From: Dehalococcoidia bacterium
GTDB taxonomy: Bacteria; Chloroflexota; Dehalococcoidia; Lucifugimonadales; UBA3495
DNA: 64,000 bases
Assembly (NCBI GenBank): GCA_965237745.1
Contig: OZ250156.1
Coordinates: 95,596-159,595, forward strand
Direction: 5' to 3'
In this document: positions 33,858-42,841 of the stretch, piece after piece
How positions within the stretch are numbered: position 1 is the stretch's first letter
Layout of the letters: the number at the start of each line of letters is the position of its first letter
The notes under the pieces: generated by a model
Databases searched by the model: none
Seen by the model: the letters and a program-made list of their open reading frames with translations, nothing else
Told to the model about the DNA's origin: nothing
Made by a program: the position numbers and the translations under genes

Positions 33858-33957
33858 CCCCTCTCGGACACCCGCAAAAGCTAGCCCGAAAAACTAACCT
33901 GGTCCCTACGTCAATTTACCCCATCCCTCTGCGCATTTCACTTTGGCTTTGGTTTAG
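32704..33957 (-). mobile_element. IS630-family insertion sequence
   Basis: 28-bp imperfect terminal inverted repeats CTAAACCAAAGCCAAGGTGGGATGTGCA (32704-32731) and TGCGCATTTCACTTTGGCTTTGGTTTAG (33930-33957), 24/28 matching. TA is present at both junctions. Encodes HTH plus DDE_3 transposase. Confidence 0.85.
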
Positions 33958-34664
33958 CATCCTTCGAACTGGTTAGCATCATTCCAACGAACTGATGAAC
34001 CGCAAGCATGTCCACCACGGTTTCGCAATTTTCCGTTGGCGCTGCCACGAATTATATCGGCGACACCGCGAGGGTAAGGTGCGAAGAGGATTCACTGCGC
34101 GACAGTGCGGATCGCGGTCAAGGATGAGTCGGAGAGCTGCAGGAAGATGTCATACCCCGGACGCACATCGTCGAGTGCGGCGCGTACATGGATGAGGACG
34201 AGATGGCGAATCCGGACAACGAAGTTGGCATCATGGACCGAATCACCAAGGGTCTTGCCGACCAAGGCAGCAACGACCAGTGGTCGTTGGGGCTGCACGG
34301 TTTCGTGCTGGAGGGTCGTCGCCCTACGGGCTGGCCTCCATGTCGCAGCACAGGGCGCCGTAGAAGGTGGCCCAACTCCGGGAGATTTTCGAGAACCATT
34401 ACTTGAGCGAAATCTCTGTAAGGATGAGTTGTTGCAGCAGGTTGGGCCTGGCGAAGATTCTCCGGCAATTGTGTTCCCCGGCAGGGTCGTTCTCCATTGA
34501 AACCATCATTTCAAAGCAGTTGGAGCACTGGCGGCGTGGCCGGACTGCCACCTTCGCATAGCGAAGAGGACCCCGTTCGTCCCGGCGCCGGCTCAGTATG
34601 AACGGAGTCCTTTCATTCTCGTTCTCATTCGTCGCATCGCCCGCTTTCCGCAAGTTCGGGAGGA

Positions 34665-35021
34665 ATGGTATGGTGTGTGATTGGCCGAATGCGGGATATT
34701 GTGGATGAGGTGCAGATGACCAGCGAGAGTTTCAGTTTGCAGGTCAAGATAGTCATGCTGACCGGAAGGGAAATTGCGCATGACTACGAACTCGTTGTTC
34801 CATCAATAGCAAATCTTGATGCGATTGAAGAAGAGACAAAGAGGTTGCTCTTTGAGTTACTTTCTAAAATATATAATGCCCAGCCGCTGTTCGTTATGAA
34901 CAACCCTCCGGTATTGTATAACCGCGATCACCTTGTGCGGATTGAGTGGGACGTATCCGGCCCCTCTCAGGATATCGCAGAGGTCAGGAGACGGATTGCC
35001 GGTCTGAACATTCCCAGATAA
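34665..35021 (+). CDS. hypothetical protein (up to 118 aa) in a low-GC patch
   Basis: An ORF with visibly lower GC than its surroundings. No family recognised and the start is uncertain (MRDIVDEV or MTSESF). Confidence 0.3.
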   Translation: MVWCVIGRMRDIVDEVQMTSESFSLQVKIVMLTGREIAHDYELVVPSIANLDAIEEETKRLLFELLSKIYNAQPLFVMNNPPVLYNRDHLVRIEWDVSGPSQDIAEVRRRIAGLNIPR

Positions 35022-35115
35022 CGACCGTTTGACCGATGTTGCGACCGACTGTAACAGTTCAAACCCGGTCTTTTTAAACCCAGTCTTTTCAAACCTGGTA
35101 TTCGGGAGGATGTAC

Positions 35116-35910
35116 CTACACCCGCCGCAGCGCCTCCCGTTGAGCGCGAAACACCGGCTCAAGCCCACGCGCCGCCAGCGACAGCACCTGTTCCACCATC
35201 GGACGGGCGAAGGGACGGGCCTCCGTCGCGCCCTGCAATTCCACCAGCCCACCATTCGCTGTCATCACCACGTTGAAATCCACGTCGGCCTCGTAGTCCT
35301 CGGAGTAGCAAAGGTCGAGCAACAGCTCATCCCGCAGTATCCCCACGCTGACCGCCGCCACCGGGCACTCCAGAGGCACCCGGCGCAGGACGCGATTGCG
35401 CACCAGCATCGTCATGGCCTGATGCAGGGCCACGTATGCCCCGGTGATGGACGCCGTCCGGGTTCCCCCGTCGGCCTCGATAACGTCGCAGTCGATCTGC
35501 ACCGTCCGCTCGCCCAGCGCCGCCATGTCGGTAACCGCCCGCAGGGATCGCCCGATGAGCCGCTGGATTTCCTGAGAGCGCCCGCTGACCCGGCCCGCGT
35601 CCCGCTCGCGCGACGAGCGCGTGTTGGTGGCCCGGGGTAGCATCGAGTACTCGGCTGTCACCCAGCCGGTGCCCTGTCCGCGCAGGAAGGCGGGCACCCG
35701 CTCCTCCAGCGACGCCGCGCAAAGCACCTTCGTGCCGCCCATCTCGATCAGCGCCGACCCCTCCGCCTGGCTTTGATACCCCACGATGATGCTCACCGGA
35801 CGCGGCTCATCCCACCACCGCCCGTCAATCCTCTCAATGTCCGTCAATGCCAATGCTCCCAATTTATGCTTCGCCCAAGAACCATAATGCAGCGACATAG
35901 AAAAGGGCAA
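35116..35910 (-). CDS. rph: ribonuclease PH
   Basis: RIDGRWWDEPRPVSI...AEGSALIEMGGTKVLCAAS...GRSQEIQRLIGRSLR...DGGTRTASITGAYVAL. The N-terminal extension suggests the true start may be internal. Confidence 0.85.
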   Translation of the reverse strand: MPFSMSLHYGSWAKHKLGALALTDIERIDGRWWDEPRPVSIIVGYQSQAEGSALIEMGGTKVLCAASLEERVPAFLRGQGTGWVTAEYSMLPRATNTRSSRERDAGRVSGRSQEIQRLIGRSLRAVTDMAALGERTVQIDCDVIEADGGTRTASITGAYVALHQAMTMLVRNRVLRRVPLECPVAAVSVGILRDELLLDLCYSEDYEADVDFNVVMTANGGLVELQGATEARPFARPMVEQVLSLAARGLEPVFRAQREALRRV

Positions 35911-35955
35911 CCGCTGTGGTTGCCCTTCCCGGTAAGACTTTGGACGATTTCAGGA

Positions 35956-37071
35956 TCAAGATTCCAGGTAGCGCTGCGCCGTCTCCCGAAGCTGGTCGGC
36001 GTGCTCGTAGATGTCGTTTAGAGATTCGATGGTAGACCGATTCTCCACTAACGTACCTCCCTCATGTCTGCTCCCGTCGAACAGGCCGATATATTTTTGA
36101 CTCCCGTCAAAATAGAGTCGGCACAATAGCCTTCGGTTATTGTTGTCCAAGAGGATGGCGCAGTAACTTTGGGCGTCACGAATTGTTACCCTTTCGGGTT
36201 CAACTACATCCTGCTCAATGTCTTTGATAATGTCGTAGGCTTGCAATTCTTGGGCCGTGGTTATAACCTTCCGCTCACCCTTACTTTTGTCCTCACCAGC
36301 GGAATCTGGCTGCGGAGGATCAATCTCGTCTTCTGGAATTCGAGTAAGATTCTGGGCGGCCCTCAATGTGTCGGTGATGCGATCGTTTACGAATTCGTGA
36401 AAAGCCCTTCGTGTCAGATGAGAGAATTGCGCTCTAACAGCTTGGGTCATTCGGCCGGAGTATACTCGGCGACCAAGCCATTCCACAAAATCTTCTTCGG
36501 GCTGATTGTATTGCTGGGTCAATGCCTGCTTCATGCCGTTGATATATCTCAACCGCGACGCCGCCTCCACTGTGTCGTCGACGTTGAAACCCTTGGTGAA
36601 CTGTCCTAATTGCTCCAGTGAACCAGCGTCCAAATTTTCTAGGTCAATCTCTAAGAATGGACTCGTGTCCATTACGTTCGGGGATTCAAGATCGCTGAAA
36701 AACTGGTAGATCACACCGTTGGTCAGCACTCCGATACGGGCTTTGGTAGTGCCAAAATACCGGAATAGCTGGGAAACTTTTTTGTCTGATGAAAGGTTGT
36801 CTGAGATCCTCTTGCATTCAATTAGAATGACAGGATCGCCATCTGAAATGACGGCGTAGTCAACTTTCTCGCCTTGCTTTGTCCCGACGTCAGCCGTGAA
36901 TTCAGGCTCAACCTCAGAGGGGTCGAACACGTTGTAACCCAATGCTTGAAGAAAAGGGAGAACCAAAGACTGCTTCGTCGACTCTTCAGTCGATAGTCTG
37001 TCCTTTAAGGATGGGATGCGCCCCGAGATAGCTCTGATTTCATCTTCGAGAGGCACGACTAATCCCTCCAT
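35956..37071 (-). CDS. HsdR-N-terminal-domain (PD-(D/E)xK nuclease fold) protein with uncharacterised C-terminal domain
   Basis: 371-aa ORF. SLVLPFLQALGYNVFDPSEVEPEF...KVDYAVISDGDPVILIECK is typical of the type I restriction enzyme R N-terminal domain. GC is clearly lower than in the flanking genes. Confidence 0.6.
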   Translation of the reverse strand: MEGLVVPLEDEIRAISGRIPSLKDRLSTEESTKQSLVLPFLQALGYNVFDPSEVEPEFTADVGTKQGEKVDYAVISDGDPVILIECKRISDNLSSDKKVSQLFRYFGTTKARIGVLTNGVIYQFFSDLESPNVMDTSPFLEIDLENLDAGSLEQLGQFTKGFNVDDTVEAASRLRYINGMKQALTQQYNQPEEDFVEWLGRRVYSGRMTQAVRAQFSHLTRRAFHEFVNDRITDTLRAAQNLTRIPEDEIDPPQPDSAGEDKSKGERKVITTAQELQAYDIIKDIEQDVVEPERVTIRDAQSYCAILLDNNNRRLLCRLYFDGSQKYIGLFDGSRHEGGTLVENRSTIESLNDIYEHADQLRETAQRYLES

Positions 37072-37139
37072 GATGAGAAATAGAGTGTAAAAATACCATC
37101 GATATATTATGTCATCTGCTCCGAAGTGTCAACCGAACC

Positions 37140-39605
37140 CTACCGCTCTGTCCGCACCCACAACGACTCGCCATCACTCACCACCTCGACATCACCATGC
37201 AGGTCGGTGCGGTACACGTTTTCCGCCCCAACCGCCGCTTCCAGCCGCTCCATTACCTCCGAGGCAGGATGTCCATAGCGGTTGTCCAAGCCCGCTGATA
37301 CCACCGCTATTGCGGGGTTTACTGCATCCAGGAATCGCGGCGTGGTAGACGTGTTGCTGCCGTGGTGGGCCACTTTCAACACTGTACTTTGCAGTTGCGC
37401 GCCGTTGTCTGCCAATTGATGTTCGGCTTCGGATTCAATATCTGCGGTCAATAGAAAACTGACATTTCCGTAGCTCAGACGCAGGGTCATTGAGTCGTTA
37501 TTGAAGTCGTTAAACAGGCGGTCTCGTGGCGGATTTATAACCGCAAGCTCCACGCCGTCGCCCAACTCTATAACGTGTCCGGCGCGCACCTCCACCGGCG
37601 CAATGTCGTATTGTTGCAGCCGTTGCTCCCATTGCGCCTGCATCTCGTTGCCGCGCGGCTGCGGGCCGGACAGCACGGCCCCGACGGCGTGCCGGTCCAG
37701 CACCTCCAGCAAGCCTTGACTATGGTCGGAGTCCAGATGGGTCATGACCACCAGGTCCAGACTCCTGTCGCCTCCCGGCATGGCTCCGGCCAGGGCCTGC
37801 GACACTCCGTCGCCGTCCGGCCCGCCGTCTATGAGAGCCCGCCGGCCCGACGGCGTTACGATAAGGGTACTGTCGCCCTGCCCGATGTCGAGGAAATGAA
37901 CGTGCAGGTACCCGTCCGGTCCGTCAACCACTCGCAGCCACAGGATTGCTGCGGCGATGCCCAAGGCAACGGCCGCAGCAACGGTGAAGTACGGATTGGG
38001 CAGAGGCCAGCGGATCCCGGCCCGCTCCTCACCTGCCGGGCTCTGGGGTGAACTCCCCGTGAACGTCTCCGTCACTCTCTTCGTAGCGGAGCGGACGGCT
38101 TGCCGCAGCCTCAGCGTCCGGCGCGGTTGCGCCGCCAGCAGGGCCAGGCCCAAGCCTCCGTACCACGCCAGCAACAGCGGGCGGCCCACCCAGTCGGCCT
38201 CCATTGTCCACGACGGAAAGGCTGAAATGACAGCGATAAGATATGCAGTCGGGGCCACTGCAATCCAGCCAAGCAGTTCGCCAAGGGGCGGCAGAACCAT
38301 CCCGGCCGTCGCCGCTACCATCGCCGTGGCGATGAGCGGAGCCATCGCGGGGATCGTCAGCAGCGACACCGGCACGCCCAGCAGCGCGACCTGCCCGAAG
38401 TTGGCGGCAGCCAGCGGCCAGGTCGCCAGCGTGGCAGCCGCCGAGACTACCGCCAAGGTTGATGACCATCCCAGCAGCCGCCTCCCCCATTCCGCCGGGG
38501 TGGAGCTGCCCCAGTTGAGCCTGCCGCCGAACATGGCCAGCGCCAGCGCGATACCGCCAACGGCAGCGAAGCTCAACTGGAAGCTCACCTGACGAACTAG
38601 GCCGGGCGACACGGCGGTCATTGCAGCTGCGGCCAAAGCCAATGCCGGCAGCGCGCTCGACGGGCGGCCAATGCCCAGCGCAGCCAGGTACACCGTCCCC
38701 ATCACTGCCGCCCGCAGAGCCGACGGCGATGCCCCGGCAGCCAGGACGTACAACCAGATCACCGCCGCGGCAAGAATCAGGTAGGTCGGCCGTTGCCTTC
38801 CCAGCAGCCAGGCCGCCGCTCCGGCCGTTGCCGCCAGCAACACGCCGACGTGCAGCCCCGAGATTGCCAGTAAGTGCGCCGCGCCGGTGCCTCGAAACTT
38901 CTCGACCAGATCAGGGGGCAACGATTCACGCTTGCCCAGCAACATCGTCGTTGCCAGCGCCGATTCCGGGTAGGGCATCGACCGCTCGATGCTTTCGGCC
39001 AACCGCCCGCGAATGAAGTAGATCGCCGACCGCCAGCTTGACCCTCCATCGGCGATGACACTCCCTTCCGTCGCGAACAACGTCGCCGTGATTCCTTGGG
39101 CAGCCAGGTATGACGGATAATCGAACCCGTCGATGGGCTGAGGTTGCGACGGCGTCCCCTGAACGGTCACCCCGTCGCCGTAGCGAAAGAACGGCGCGTT
39201 CCTGCGGGAGACCAGATCGTCAGGTGGCCTGACATAAATCAGCCATCGCTCGTCCACGTCCGGGATTTCGGCGCCATTGACCTGTGCTTGGTGAATCTGC
39301 AGCTCGAAGCGCACTCGCCGCGCTGTGGTCTCCGGGTCGCTGGCAATAGTGCCGATGGCGACAACACGCTGGCCCTGCAGGTCGGATGCTCCGTAACTCG
39401 GGGCGTCCAGCGAAGCACGTCCCAATCCCAGCAACAGGACAACCGCCAGCACCGCCGGGAAGGTGGGCATTCGCGCCAGCCGCAGCCCGATGGCTGTCAG
39501 GGCGGCCGCTCCGGCCAGCAGCAACGCTCCTGCTGGGTCCAGTCCCGCGGATAGCCCCAGCAACACGCCTGCCAACCACGCCGCCGACAGCAGCCCAAGC
39601 CTCAA
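37140..39605 (-). CDS. comEC: DNA internalisation-related competence protein ComEC/Rec2
   Basis: 821-aa polytopic membrane protein with a C-terminal metallo-beta-lactamase domain (VVMTHLDSDHSQG, KVAHHGS). Confidence 0.85.
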   Translation of the reverse strand: MRLGLLSAAWLAGVLLGLSAGLDPAGALLLAGAAALTAIGLRLARMPTFPAVLAVVLLLGLGRASLDAPSYGASDLQGQRVVAIGTIASDPETTARRVRFELQIHQAQVNGAEIPDVDERWLIYVRPPDDLVSRRNAPFFRYGDGVTVQGTPSQPQPIDGFDYPSYLAAQGITATLFATEGSVIADGGSSWRSAIYFIRGRLAESIERSMPYPESALATTMLLGKRESLPPDLVEKFRGTGAAHLLAISGLHVGVLLAATAGAAAWLLGRQRPTYLILAAAVIWLYVLAAGASPSALRAAVMGTVYLAALGIGRPSSALPALALAAAAMTAVSPGLVRQVSFQLSFAAVGGIALALAMFGGRLNWGSSTPAEWGRRLLGWSSTLAVVSAAATLATWPLAAANFGQVALLGVPVSLLTIPAMAPLIATAMVAATAGMVLPPLGELLGWIAVAPTAYLIAVISAFPSWTMEADWVGRPLLLAWYGGLGLALLAAQPRRTLRLRQAVRSATKRVTETFTGSSPQSPAGEERAGIRWPLPNPYFTVAAAVALGIAAAILWLRVVDGPDGYLHVHFLDIGQGDSTLIVTPSGRRALIDGGPDGDGVSQALAGAMPGGDRSLDLVVMTHLDSDHSQGLLEVLDRHAVGAVLSGPQPRGNEMQAQWEQRLQQYDIAPVEVRAGHVIELGDGVELAVINPPRDRLFNDFNNDSMTLRLSYGNVSFLLTADIESEAEHQLADNGAQLQSTVLKVAHHGSNTSTTPRFLDAVNPAIAVVSAGLDNRYGHPASEVMERLEAAVGAENVYRTDLHGDVEVVSDGESLWVRTER

Positions 39606-39671
39606 CGGATGATTACCTCAAGGGCCAATTTGCGGTGCCTGGCCGCCGGAATTATGGAGGGCATTGCGCCA

Positions 39672-40313
39672 CTATGGTCTGCCGGACACAGTCACCAGCG
39701 CTCGAATGGACTCCAGGGTCTTGGGGCCGATACCCGGAACGCTTTCAACGTCATCGACGGTGGCGAAAGGGCCGTTTGCCTCCCGGTGGGCGATTATCCT
39801 GTCCGCCATCACCGGGCCGATACCGGGGAGCGTTTCCAGCTCCTGCGCTGCCGCGGTGTTGAGATCAATTGGCGACGTGGCAGGCTTATCCCCCCGCGTT
39901 GCGGGCCCGGACAAGATGGGAGCGGGCTGTGTCTCGCCTAGGAACGGCACATGGTAGTGGGCCTCGTCCTGCACGCGGCGGGCCAGGTTGATGCCCGACA
40001 GGTCGCCGTTGGGGCGCACACCTCCGGCCGCTGCGATGGCATCCATCACCCGGTCGCCCTCGGTAACAGCGTACACGCCGGGAGACATCACAGCCCCACT
40101 GACCTGTACCCTCATGTCTGCCGCCACCTGTTGGGCCGGCGCCGTCGGTTCCGGCGCGATAATGACCACCGGCGCGGCATCGTCCCCGCGAGTCAGCAGC
40201 AAAACGGCGGCGACCACCAAGGCCAGCGCCGCCAGCATGGCCAGCCCCGCGCCGACGACCCTCACTGCCTGTCCCTTCATGCGACCCCAACTCCCAGACG
40301 GGCCGGGAGGCAA
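39672..40313 (-). CDS. comEA: ComEA family DNA-binding protein
   Basis: N-terminal membrane anchor and a C-terminal tandem helix-hairpin-helix (LETLPGIGPVMADRIIAHR...VESVPGIGPKTLESI). Confidence 0.8.
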   Translation of the reverse strand: MPPGPSGSWGRMKGQAVRVVGAGLAMLAALALVVAAVLLLTRGDDAAPVVIIAPEPTAPAQQVAADMRVQVSGAVMSPGVYAVTEGDRVMDAIAAAGGVRPNGDLSGINLARRVQDEAHYHVPFLGETQPAPILSGPATRGDKPATSPIDLNTAAAQELETLPGIGPVMADRIIAHREANGPFATVDDVESVPGIGPKTLESIRALVTVSGRP

Positions 40314-40455
40314 GCTGTGCCCCGGATGAGCCAGCCGCGATTATAGACCACTGTCATCCGTGCCGGATTGAGGCGCGGATATGTACCAACGGCGGTTATA
40401 CCATCGCTTCGAAGCAGGTCTATGCTCAGGCCTTAACAGATGCTTCGCCTGCAGG

Positions 40456-40485
40456 TTGTCACCTATTTGCGATTTCCAATATAAT
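40456..40485 (+). promoter_or_regulatory. sigma70-like promoter of ilvE
   Basis: TTGTCA (40456-40461), 18 nt, TATAAT (40480-40485), about 30 nt upstream of the AAGGA RBS and ATG. Confidence 0.4.
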
Positions 40486-40516
40486 CAAACCCTGAATCTG
40501 ACCAAAGGACGTTGAA

Positions 40517-41485
40517 ATGACCAACCGCACGGCTTCCGACAGCGGCGCGCCCCTACCCCAGTTCGCCTTTTTCCGAGGCGAAGTGGTGCCCTTGGAGGAC
40601 GCCCGTGTGAGTGTTATGACCCATGCCCTCCACTACGGCACCGCCGTTTTCGAGGGCATCCGAGGCAACTGGAACGCAGAGCACGAAAGCACCTACATCT
40701 TCCGCCTCCGCGAGCATTACGAGCGTCTCAAGCTGGGATGCCGCATGCTCATGCTGGACATACCCTACAGCGTGGACGACCTCTGCAAGATCACCGTCGA
40801 GCTGGTGGAGAAGAACGGCAACCGCTCCGATGTCTACATCCGGCCCCTCGCCTACAAGAGCGAGGAACTGGTGGCGAACCTCAAGCTGCACGAGATTGCC
40901 AGCGACTTCACCCTAATTGTCGTTCCCTTCGGCAACTACCTCGGCACCGAGAACCTGCGCTGCTGCACCTCTTCTTGGCGCCGCCTCGAAGACCAGATGA
41001 CCCCCACCCAGATCAAGACCTCGGCCAACTACCTGAACAGCATCCTGGCCAAGACCGAGTCGGTGCTGGCCGGGTTCGACGAAGCCATCCTGCTCAACCA
41101 GGACGGACACGTCTCCGAGGGATCGGGCGAGAACCTGTTCATGATGCGAAAGGGCAAGCTGATCACCCCCATCCTGGAGGATAATCCGTTGCCCGGAATC
41201 ACCCGCGATACAGTAATGGAACTGGCCCGCGAAGACCTTGGGATCGAGGTGGTGGAGCGCCGCATCGACCGCACCGAGCTTTACTTGGCCGACGAGGTGT
41301 TCCTCAGCGGGACCGCTGCCCATCTGACTCCCGTGATCTCGCTGGACAGCCGTCCCATCGCCGACGGCAATCCCGGCCCGGTGTCCACGGCGCTGAAGAA
41401 GATGTACTTCGACATCGTGTTCGGCCGCAACCCCAAGTACCTGCACTGGTGCACCGCCGCCGTTCCCAACATGGTCGCGGCCTAG
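40517..41485 (+). CDS. ilvE: branched-chain amino acid aminotransferase
   Basis: 322-aa class IV aminotransferase pattern (HALHYGTAVFEGIRG..., ANYLNSILAKTE, EGSGENLF). Confidence 0.85.
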   Translation: MTNRTASDSGAPLPQFAFFRGEVVPLEDARVSVMTHALHYGTAVFEGIRGNWNAEHESTYIFRLREHYERLKLGCRMLMLDIPYSVDDLCKITVELVEKNGNRSDVYIRPLAYKSEELVANLKLHEIASDFTLIVVPFGNYLGTENLRCCTSSWRRLEDQMTPTQIKTSANYLNSILAKTESVLAGFDEAILLNQDGHVSEGSGENLFMMRKGKLITPILEDNPLPGITRDTVMELAREDLGIEVVERRIDRTELYLADEVFLSGTAAHLTPVISLDSRPIADGNPGPVSTALKKMYFDIVFGRNPKYLHWCTAAVPNMVAA

Positions 41486-41574
41486 AACGCTCCTGCTTCG
41501 AATGCTCACTCGCTGCCCAAAGACCGAAGCGCCATCAACCTCGTTTCCGGTTGGTGTCCAAGTGGTCAGAAATT

Positions 41575-42057
41575 ATGACGACTGAGCAGAGGGCCCGGAA
41601 GATAGAGTCCTACGGCAGTGGCTACGAACAGCTGGTCAGCGCATTGGACAATTTCCCATGGGAGATGTGGACCTTCAGGGACGAACACGGCTGCTGGAGC
41701 ATCTACGAGCACTTAATCCACATCGCCGACAGCGAAGCCAACAGCTACATCAGGTGCAGACGGCTGATTGCCGAACCGGGCAAGTCCCTGATGGCCTACG
41801 ACGAAAACCAGTGGGCAAATGAACTCGCCTATCACCATCAGGACATAACGGACACCCTGGAGCTCTTCAGATGGCTCCGCCGCAAGACCTTTGCATTGAT
41901 CAAAGAACTGCCCGAAGCAACATGGCGGCAATCGGCCTACCATCCCGAAAATGGAAATATGACCCTCGACGACTGGCTCGACGTATACGAGAGCCACGTT
42001 CCTGAGCACCTGCAGTTCATGCAGGAGAACTACGCTGCTTGGTCGCTCCGCGCCTGA
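41575..42057 (+). CDS. DinB family protein (DinB_2 four-helix bundle)
   Basis: 160 aa. WSIYEHLIHIADSE ... YESHVPEHLQ contains the His triad typical of DinB/YfiT-like proteins. Confidence 0.65.
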   Translation: MTTEQRARKIESYGSGYEQLVSALDNFPWEMWTFRDEHGCWSIYEHLIHIADSEANSYIRCRRLIAEPGKSLMAYDENQWANELAYHHQDITDTLELFRWLRRKTFALIKELPEATWRQSAYHPENGNMTLDDWLDVYESHVPEHLQFMQENYAAWSLRA

Positions 42058-42149
42058 AGCAACTATTCCAAATCCACAACCAAATCGCCAATTGCCAGCG
42101 GCCTTTTTATTTTGGATAATCCATCGGTGGGTCAGGGCAACTTGACCTT

Positions 42150-42178
42150 GCAGGGGCAGGCTTTCGTCCTGCCCCTGC
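42150..42178. other. perfect 11-bp inverted repeat hairpin
   Basis: GCAGGGGCAGG, CTTTCGT, CCTGCCCCTGC. It lies 29 nt upstream of the plsY GTG and has no U-tract. Confidence 0.6.
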
Positions 42179-42206
42179 CGCATAGGGGAGACGGCCAGAG
42201 GCGCTT

Positions 42207-42818
42207 GTGGAAACTTTGACGGTAATAGCCCAATGGCTCGGGCTGGGGCTGCTGGCCTACTTGATAGGCTCCATTCCAACCGCCTATCTGTTCACCCGCT
42301 TCGTGGTGGGTCGAGACATACGCAGCATGGGCGACAACAACAGCGGCGCAGCCAACGTATTCCGCGAGGTTGGCCCGCGGACTGGACTGGCCTGCGGCGT
42401 TTTTGACATCATCAAGGGCGGGGTTGCCGTCATAGTGGTGGGGGTAATCGCCAATGACACCGGTATCAAGATGCTGGCCGGCCTCTGCGCCTTCGCTGGT
42501 CACATCTGGCCCATTTTTCTGCGTTTCAGGGGCGGACGCGGCGCCGCCGTTTCCGTGGGAGTTCTGTTCGCCATGGCGCCGGTGATTGCTCTGCCCTTTG
42601 GCGCGCTGTGCTTGGTGGTCCTGTATCATACCCGCAAGGCGATCGTTGCCTTGGGAATGTTTCTCGTCGCCATTCCGTTGCTGACATGGATCGCGGTCTT
42701 AACCGTCGACTACACCATTGCCATTGCGAGCTATGCCCTGGCCATCGCGGTCTTAACCGGATTAAGCCATTTCTATTCAACGTTGCTCCTGCCCAAACTC
42801 CAGGCTGGCGCCTCCTGA
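42207..42818 (+). CDS. plsY: glycerol-3-phosphate acyltransferase PlsY
   Basis: GSIPTAYLFTRFVVGRDIRSMGDNNSGAANVFR and FAGHIWPIFLRFRGGRG motifs. GTG start. Confidence 0.85.
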   Translation: METLTVIAQWLGLGLLAYLIGSIPTAYLFTRFVVGRDIRSMGDNNSGAANVFREVGPRTGLACGVFDIIKGGVAVIVVGVIANDTGIKMLAGLCAFAGHIWPIFLRFRGGRGAAVSVGVLFAMAPVIALPFGALCLVVLYHTRKAIVALGMFLVAIPLLTWIAVLTVDYTIAIASYALAIAVLTGLSHFYSTLLLPKLQAGAS

Positions 42819-42841
42819 TACCGCTGCAAAAGGGAGACCAA

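Noticed and set aside
33995-34660. Several 60-130-aa ORFs on both strands in the low-GC segment
   Set aside because: The frames overlap each other and none has a convincing start, RBS or family signature. They are treated as eroded or uncertain coding sequence rather than called genes.
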